Positions 58,185-64,000 of a stretch of DNA of 64,000 bases are shown piece after piece. Position 1 is the stretch's first letter; every line of letters begins with the position of its first letter. Position numbers and translations under genes: made by a program. The notes under the pieces were generated by a model, which saw only the letters and a list, made by a program, of their open reading frames with translations, ran no database searches and had not been told where the DNA came from. The DNA comes from Gemmatimonadaceae bacterium (lineage in GTDB: Bacteria; Gemmatimonadota; Gemmatimonadetes; Gemmatimonadales; Gemmatimonadaceae): assembly GCA_045803545.1 (NCBI GenBank), contig JBJMOW010000004.1, positions 1,088,001 through 1,152,000 of the forward strand, given 5' to 3'.

Positions 58185-58599
58185 TGAGTGCGTGTTGTAG
58201 CAGAATCGCCGCTGCAAGGGCATCTACATCACCTTTCCTGCCGCGCGTGGATTGCTCCATTTCTTTGATCGTGCGTAGCGCGGCTGCCGTGGTAAACCGT
58301 TCATCATAGAAACGAACTGGCATGCCCGTACGTTTCGCGATTTCAGCGCCAATTTGGCGTACTTCTGCCGTCCAATCGGTCTCGTTGCCCTCTCCGTCGA
58401 GCGGAAGCCCGAATAAATAGCCCTGAGCCTCGAGCTCGGTAGCGCGCGCGATGATTTTTGTGATCGGGGGTCGTTTGCCTTCACGACGCTCGATGAAGCC
58501 CGCCGGCGAGGCAATTATGCCGAGCGGATCGCTGATCGCGAGGCCGATCCTTTTGCGACCGTAATCGATGGCGAGAGTCCGACCAAGCGCTTCGTTCAC
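58171..58599 (-). CDS. ruvX: Pre-16S rRNA nuclease YqgF/RuvX
   Basis: LAIDYG.KRIGLAISD, GLPL, DERFTT, DALAA..LLQ. Confidence 0.93.
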   Translation of the reverse strand: MNEALGRTLAIDYGRKRIGLAISDPLGIIASPAGFIERREGKRPPITKIIARATELEAQGYLFGLPLDGEGNETDWTAEVRQIGAEIAKRTGMPVRFYDERFTTAAALRTIKEMEQSTRGRKGDVDALAAAILLQHALNAST

Positions 58600-58606
58600 G
58601 CTGTCG

Positions 58607-59860
58607 CTAACCCTGAGCCATCTGCGTGAAGAATTCCTTGTTGTTCTTCGACTTCGCCATCTGTCGCAATAGGAATTCGATCGCCTCCGCCTCGGGCCTG
58701 TCGGCCAGGAATTGCCGCAGCAGAATTACTCGATTCATCTCGGGCTGGGTGAGAAGCAGTTCTTCTTTACGTGTACCGGAGCGGAAGATGTCTATCGCCG
58801 GATAAATGCGACGATCAGCAATCTTGCGATCAAGCACCAGTTCCATGTTGCCGGTGCCCTTGAACTCCTCGAAGATCACGTCGTCCATTCGCGAGCCCGT
58901 CTCGGTCAGGGCGGTCGCGATGATGGTGAGCGAGCCGCCGCCGTCGATATTGCGTGCCGACCCGAAGAATCGCTTCGGCTTGTGCAAAGCAGTGGCATCG
59001 ACGCCGCCAGACAGAATCTTGCCCGACTGTGGCGCGACGGTGTTGTGCGCGCGAGCGAACCGTGTCAGCGAATCGAGCAAGATCACGACGTCCTTGCCGC
59101 TTTCGACAAGGCGTTTCGCCTTCTCGAGTACCATGTCCGCGACCTGGACATGTCGCGGCGCGCCTTCGTCGAATGTCGAGCTGATGACCTCAGCGCGAAT
59201 CGTGCTGGCAATCATCTCTGTCACTTCTTCCGGCCGTTCGTCGATCAGCAGCACGATGATCGTGACTTCGGGATGATTTTCGGCGATCGCGTTGGCGATT
59301 TTGTGCAGCAGAATCGTCTTGCCCGCGCGTGGCGGCGACACGATCAAGCCGCGCTGGCCCTTGCCGATCGGCGACATGATATCGAAGACCCGCATGCTGA
59401 GATCCCCGTCCTTTGTCTCGAGCCGCAGGCGCTCATCGGGGTATTGCGGGCGCAGATTGTCGAAAGGTATCCTGTCTTTGGCTTTCTCCGGATCCTCGGC
59501 GTTGACACTCTCGACCTTGAGCAGCGCGAGGTACCGCTCCCACGGTTTCGGCGGTCTGACCTGTCCGCGCACCTCGTCACCCGTTCTCAAACCGAAACGC
59601 TTGATCTGCGACGGTGACACGTAAATGTCGTCCGGACCGGGCAGGTAGCTCCAGTCCTGACTGCGAAGGAAGCCGTATCCCTCGGGCAAAATCTCCAGCA
59701 CGCCATCACCGTGCAGCATGATGTCGGTGTCGAGGAGATTCTGTTCGATCTGGAAAATCAGATCCTGTTTTCGGAGACCGGCCGAGCCGTCGATCTTGAG
59801 ACCGTCGGCCATCTCCTGAAGCTCAGAGACTGATTTCCGCTTTAGCTCGGCGATGTCCAC
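58607..59860 (-). CDS. rho: Transcription termination factor Rho
   Basis: [40 protein letters not shown] start 59860. Confidence 0.98.
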   Translation of the reverse strand: MDIAELKRKSVSELQEMADGLKIDGSAGLRKQDLIFQIEQNLLDTDIMLHGDGVLEILPEGYGFLRSQDWSYLPGPDDIYVSPSQIKRFGLRTGDEVRGQVRPPKPWERYLALLKVESVNAEDPEKAKDRIPFDNLRPQYPDERLRLETKDGDLSMRVFDIMSPIGKGQRGLIVSPPRAGKTILLHKIANAIAENHPEVTIIVLLIDERPEEVTEMIASTIRAEVISSTFDEGAPRHVQVADMVLEKAKRLVESGKDVVILLDSLTRFARAHNTVAPQSGKILSGGVDATALHKPKRFFGSARNIDGGGSLTIIATALTETGSRMDDVIFEEFKGTGNMELVLDRKIADRRIYPAIDIFRSGTRKEELLLTQPEMNRVILLRQFLADRPEAEAIEFLLRQMAKSKNNKEFFTQMAQG

Positions 59861-60005
59861 GAGGTGTGGATGGAAGGGGATACGCGACTGGCGGGAAGTG
59901 AAGCGGTTTGAACCGATGCCCAACTACGGGCGGCGGAAAAAAGGGAGGGGAAAAGCGGAACGGGAAGGTGCGGAGGGAAAGTGCGGCGGGTGTTGATTTC
60001 ACCCG

Positions 60006-60034
60006 AAAGTAAACGCGGAAAAAAAAACGGTCAA
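60006..60034 (-). promoter_or_regulatory. Sigma-70-type promoter of rho
   Basis: TTGACC-17 nt-TACTTT on minus strand. Confidence 0.65.
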
Positions 60035-60036
60035 GC

Positions 60037-60984
60037 TCAGGGTCGAATGTAACGCATTGGATTGCTCTTGATGTCTTTCACCAACGCCGCCACCAGCTCG
60101 TGTTGTTCGGTCAATTTCCGCGCGAGCACGCTGTCCGAGTGAACGGCAGCGATGGTCCCTAACGGGCTCGTTGCAAGAGCTCGCAGGGTGTCGAGCTCGG
60201 CGAGGACGTGCGATGCCTTCGTCGCAAGCGTCGAGTCCTTCCGGAAACGACCAATGCTTCCACGATTGGATGAGACCAATCGTTTGAGTGAATCCGCTGA
60301 GGCCATCACGTGCGAGGCGCGACGCTGCAGATTGCCGCGCAACGCACTCGCGATTGCGCCGTTTCCGCGCGCTCGCGAGTTCAGGCTGGAGATACCGGCG
60401 GTGACGTCGGGCAAATCCGGCAACCCGCTCGCGCGAATGTTACCGATGGTTCCGACGGGTCGGTCCGTTTTCCTCGTGACTTCCTTGGCGGTCGTAATGA
60501 GCTTGCCGACGGTGGGAATCAGTTTCGCCGCTCCGTTGGCAACGGCGCCAATCCCCGCAAGGGGCAACGCTCGCAACGTATCACCATCCTTTAGAGGCGG
60601 CGACCCGAGGGTGCCGGCGGAGATAAAAATGATCGGCGTGCCGATCAGAGTGCCGCCAGCACGGATTTGCGCATAGGAGTCGTGGCGCACGTGAGGCATC
60701 GCTTTCTGCAGAAACTCGGTCTTGATCAGCAGCCGCTCGAGCGTGTCAGTGCCCGGTGGACGAAATGATATGTCGGTTACCAGTCCGTCTTTTTCGCCTG
60801 CCAGCCAGACCTCGGTGCCCGCCAAAACGCCAGGTGCTTCGTCCGTCACGACGTAGAGGGTCACCTTCTTGCCATGCAGTCCGCCAACTCGCGCAAACGC
60901 AAAAACGGAGAAAACGATCGCGGCGAGGACGACGACCGCGATGAGTCCCCCCTTGAGCTCCCGCCAGTGTATCTGGTGCGGCAT
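60037..60984 (-). CDS. MlaD/MCE family protein
   Basis: N-terminal TM, APGVLAGTEVWLAG...G.V.DI, coiled C-terminus ending DIKSNP.RY. Confidence 0.8.
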   Translation of the reverse strand: MPHQIHWRELKGGLIAVVVLAAIVFSVFAFARVGGLHGKKVTLYVVTDEAPGVLAGTEVWLAGEKDGLVTDISFRPPGTDTLERLLIKTEFLQKAMPHVRHDSYAQIRAGGTLIGTPIIFISAGTLGSPPLKDGDTLRALPLAGIGAVANGAAKLIPTVGKLITTAKEVTRKTDRPVGTIGNIRASGLPDLPDVTAGISSLNSRARGNGAIASALRGNLQRRASHVMASADSLKRLVSSNRGSIGRFRKDSTLATKASHVLAELDTLRALATSPLGTIAAVHSDSVLARKLTEQHELVAALVKDIKSNPMRYIRP

Positions 60985-61057
60985 GGAGCGAATATAAACA
61001 TGGTGTTTGGCTACTGCTTATTTTATTGGCGACCATGAGCGCCAATAACACGACCGA

Positions 61058-62239
61058 ATGCTGATCGGCGTCCCGCGCGAAATCGCGACCGGAGAACGGC
61101 GCGTCGCCCTGGTGCCCGAAGTAGTGTCGCAGCTCACCCGCGCCGGCCATCGTGTTGTCATCGAGCACGACGCCGGCCTCCGCGCGGGCTTCACTGATGA
61201 TGCCTACCGTGATGCGGGTGCCGAAATCGTCGACTCGTCGAGCGAGGTCTACGCTAACTCACAGATGATCCTGAAAGTCCAGCGGCCCGGTCGCGACGCA
61301 TCGAGCGGTGAAGCCGAGTTGGACATGATGCGCGATGGAAGCGTGCTGATCGGGCTGCTGCAACCGTCATCTGACCCCGCGCTTTTCCAGCAGCTGGCCG
61401 AGAGAAACATCACTGCACTCGCCATGGAGCTGGTGCCTCGCACCACTCGAGCGCAGATGATGGACGCATTGTCTTCGCAGAGCACCGTTGCCGGCTACAA
61501 GGCAGTACTCCTCGCTGCCAACGCTCTCCAGAAATTCTTCCCAATGCTGATGACGGCTGCCGGAACAGTGCGACCCGCGCGCGTGCTCGTGATCGGTGCT
61601 GGAGTGGCAGGTTTGCAGGCGATCGCCACCGCGCGGCGCATCGGCGCAGTCGTGGAAGCCTTCGATACTCGTCCGGTGGTGAAGGAGCAGGTGAAAAGCC
61701 TCGGGGCGACGTTCGTCGAGCTCGACATGCATGACGAAGATGCGCAGGACGCCGGCGGCTATGCCAAGGAATTGAGCGCGCGACACATCCAGCGCGAGAA
61801 GGAGCTGATCCACGAGCGTGCGCTGCAGGCGGATGTCATCATCACTACCGCGCTCATCCCCGGTCGACCTGCGCCCGTCCTCGTCACCGCGGAAACCGTC
61901 AGGGCGATGCGGCCAGGCGCCGTAATTGTCGATCTTGCCGGCGAACAGGGTGGCAACTGTGAGCTGACCGTGGCCGGCGAATCGGTGGTGCGGAATGAAG
62001 TGACGATCATCGCGCCGCTCCACATCTCCAGCGATCTCGCCTATCACGCCAGTCAGATGTATGCCAAGAATCTCGGAGCGCTGATCACCCTGCTGGCGCC
62101 GAAGGCTGATCTCAACCTCAATTTCAGCGACGACATTATCGATGCGGTGACGATCGTTGCCGGCGGCGAAGTCCGACACGCTGCGACCCGTCAGCGCCTC
62201 GGTATGGCGTCTCTCACCCAAGCTGCGGGGGCGAAGTGA
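61058..62239 (+). CDS. pntA: NAD(P) transhydrogenase subunit alpha, part 1
   Basis: IGVPRE..GERRVAL.P, RAQ.MD.LSS, GAGVAGL, GGYAKE, TTALIPG. Confidence 0.95.
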   Translation: MLIGVPREIATGERRVALVPEVVSQLTRAGHRVVIEHDAGLRAGFTDDAYRDAGAEIVDSSSEVYANSQMILKVQRPGRDASSGEAELDMMRDGSVLIGLLQPSSDPALFQQLAERNITALAMELVPRTTRAQMMDALSSQSTVAGYKAVLLAANALQKFFPMLMTAAGTVRPARVLVIGAGVAGLQAIATARRIGAVVEAFDTRPVVKEQVKSLGATFVELDMHDEDAQDAGGYAKELSARHIQREKELIHERALQADVIITTALIPGRPAPVLVTAETVRAMRPGAVIVDLAGEQGGNCELTVAGESVVRNEVTIIAPLHISSDLAYHASQMYAKNLGALITLLAPKADLNLNFSDDIIDAVTIVAGGEVRHAATRQRLGMASLTQAAGAK

Positions 62240-62556
62240 GTCAGGAGCTTGTACTCGGCATCTACGTCTTCATCATGGCGATCTTCGTGGGGTTTGAGGT
62301 GATCAGCCGGGTGCCATCGGTTCTGCACACGCCGCTGATGTCGGGCACGAACGCCATTCACGGTATCGTCGTTCTCGGCGCGTTTCTCGTTGCGGGATCG
62401 GCGGACACACCGCTGCTCAAGGCGCTCGGGCTCATCGCTGTCGTGTTCGGGGCAGCGAACGTGTTCGGCGGCTTCGTGGTGACCGATCGAATGCTCGAAA
62501 TGTTCAAACGGCGCCAGCCGGCGCAGACCGACAACGGAGACAAGAAGAGTGCTTGA
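62236..62556 (+). CDS. NAD(P) transhydrogenase subunit alpha, part 2 (membrane)
   Basis: LHTPLMSGTNAIHG, GGFVVTDRMLEMF. Confidence 0.95.
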   Translation: MSQELVLGIYVFIMAIFVGFEVISRVPSVLHTPLMSGTNAIHGIVVLGAFLVAGSADTPLLKALGLIAVVFGAANVFGGFVVTDRMLEMFKRRQPAQTDNGDKKSA

Positions 62557-63946
62557 TCTGCGCGCATCGGTGATAGCGGTCAGCTACATCGTTGCCTCCG
62601 TACTCTTCATCTTCGGCCTCAAGCAACTCAGCTCGCCATCGACGGCCCGCTCAGGCAATCGACTCGCAGCGATCGGGATGGCGCTCGCGCTCGCCGTTAC
62701 ACTGATTGACCGCCAGATAATCTCTTTCTGGACGATCGCCATCGGCACGCTGATCGGCGCGGCGATGGGGATTTACTTCGGCAGAACCGTGCAGATGACA
62801 GCGATGCCTCAGATGGTGGCGCTGTTTAACGGAATGGGCGGCGCGACTGCCGCTCTCGTCTCCGTTGCCGAGTATCTGCGACTGTCGGGTCACGGCGAAG
62901 TCATTGGCGTCGGGGAAGCGACATCGATCGTGCTGGGCACTGCGATCGGCGCGATCTCGTTCACCGGCAGTATCATCGCTTTCGGCAAGTTGCAGGAGAT
63001 TCTGCCGGGTAAACCGCTTCAGTTTCCCTTACAGCGGTTGGTAAACGGTATCGTGCTGATCGCCGTCATTGCTCTCGGCGCAATGGTTGTAATGGGCACA
63101 CCGACGTCGACTATGTGGCTGCTCTTTGCCGCGGCGCTTCTGCTCGGCGCGATGTTCGTATTGCCTATTGGTGGCGGAGACATGCCGGTTGTGATCTCCA
63201 TCCTGAACTCACTCACCGGATTGGCGGCAGCGCTTACGGGATTCGTACTGCACAATCAGATGCTCGTCGTCGCGGGCGTGCTCGTCGGCGCGTCGGGAAC
63301 GCTGCTGACATTGTTGATGAGCACCGCGATGAATCGCTCGGTGGCGAACGTGCTGTTCGGCGCGTTCGGAGCTGGTAGCAGCGTTGCCGGTGCGCAGGCT
63401 ACTGCCGTAGGCCGCTCTGTCCGGCAGACGACGCCCGAGGACACTGCCATCGCGCTCGCATATGCGCGCAACGTGGTCGTCGTACCGGGCTACGGACTCG
63501 CTGTCGCGGAAGCGCAGCACACCGTTCGTGAGCTGGCGACCGATCTGGAGAAGCGTGGCGTCAACGTTAAGTACGCAATTCATCCCGTTGCCGGCCGTAT
63601 GCCGGGCCACATGAACGTGCTGCTCGCCGAGGCTAACGTGCCGTACGATCAGCTGCTGGAAATGGACCAGGTGAACGGCCAATTCCCGCAGACCGATGTC
63701 GTGCTGGTGGTTGGGGCCAACGATGTCGTGAACCCGGCTGCGCGGGACGATCCTTCCAGCCCGATCTACGGCATGCCCATTCTCGATGTCGATCTCGCGC
63801 GCAACATCATCGTGCTCAAGCGAAGCATGGGTCACGGCTTCGCCGGAATCGACAACGCGCTCTTCTACCACGAGAAGACGCGAATGCTGTTTGGCGACGC
63901 TCGGAAGTCGCTGACGGAAATCGAGCAGGCGCTCAAAACGGCGTAA
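62549..63946 (+). CDS. pntB: NAD(P) transhydrogenase subunit beta
   Basis: MTAMPQMVALFNG, IGGGDMPVVIS, HPVAGRMPGHMNVLLAEA, GANDVVNP. Confidence 0.97.
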   Translation: MLDLRASVIAVSYIVASVLFIFGLKQLSSPSTARSGNRLAAIGMALALAVTLIDRQIISFWTIAIGTLIGAAMGIYFGRTVQMTAMPQMVALFNGMGGATAALVSVAEYLRLSGHGEVIGVGEATSIVLGTAIGAISFTGSIIAFGKLQEILPGKPLQFPLQRLVNGIVLIAVIALGAMVVMGTPTSTMWLLFAAALLLGAMFVLPIGGGDMPVVISILNSLTGLAAALTGFVLHNQMLVVAGVLVGASGTLLTLLMSTAMNRSVANVLFGAFGAGSSVAGAQATAVGRSVRQTTPEDTAIALAYARNVVVVPGYGLAVAEAQHTVRELATDLEKRGVNVKYAIHPVAGRMPGHMNVLLAEANVPYDQLLEMDQVNGQFPQTDVVLVVGANDVVNPAARDDPSSPIYGMPILDVDLARNIIVLKRSMGHGFAGIDNALFYHEKTRMLFGDARKSLTEIEQALKTA

Positions 63947-63949
63947 CCC

Positions 63950-64000
63950 GTGAGAGTCCTGACCGGGTTCGCCATGCTGTTTGCTCTGCTCGGTGTGGCT
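63950..64000 (+). CDS. 5' end of an exported protein (truncated by window)
   Basis: GTG start 3 nt after pntB; MRVLTGFAMLFALLGVA signal-like. Confidence 0.45.
   Translation, partial: MRVLTGFAMLFALLGVA

Noticed and set aside
60985..61057. Rex operator upstream of pntAB
   Set aside because: AT-rich promoter region but no TTGTGAA-N4-TTCACAA-like palindrome.

Overview
A GC-rich, gene-dense bacterial chromosomal segment. Gene content and protein style point to the Gemmatimonadota (inference, no database search). I found no rRNA, tRNA, CRISPR array, transposase or prophage. The left third holds the conserved yebC-ruvC-ruvA / ruvB / queA cluster on the minus strand, broken up by accessory genes: an SRPBCC/ArsR pair with a double operator, a PLP decarboxylase, cutC, a PAP2 phosphatase, a CPBP protease, a PAS kinase/NarL pair, a frameshifted lipoprotein gene, and three barrel-less TonB-plug lipoproteins. 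The middle holds a PorX-like receiver-PglZ gene heading an msbA/glycosyltransferase/lpxL envelope operon, then tyrS, PBP1A, ilvE, an NtrY/NtrX-like envelope operon, an NYN-LOTUS protein and kbl-tdh. The right part has a Ddl-like ATP-grasp plus zinc peptidase pair flanked by two unannotated small-protein genes, followed by fpg, rlmI-like, HD-GYP, thiE, mltG, ruvX, rho, mlaD-like and pntAB. Most interesting candidates: (i) the ATP-grasp/peptidase locus with a protamine-like 52-aa protein and a putative sigma54-driven 50-aa peptide; (ii) the free plug-domain lipoprotein triplet; (iii) two long heptamer-built inverted-repeat elements; (iv) an apparent enrichment of D-(S/T)-hydrophobic O-glycosylation motifs in exported proteins; (v) a rut-like rho leader.
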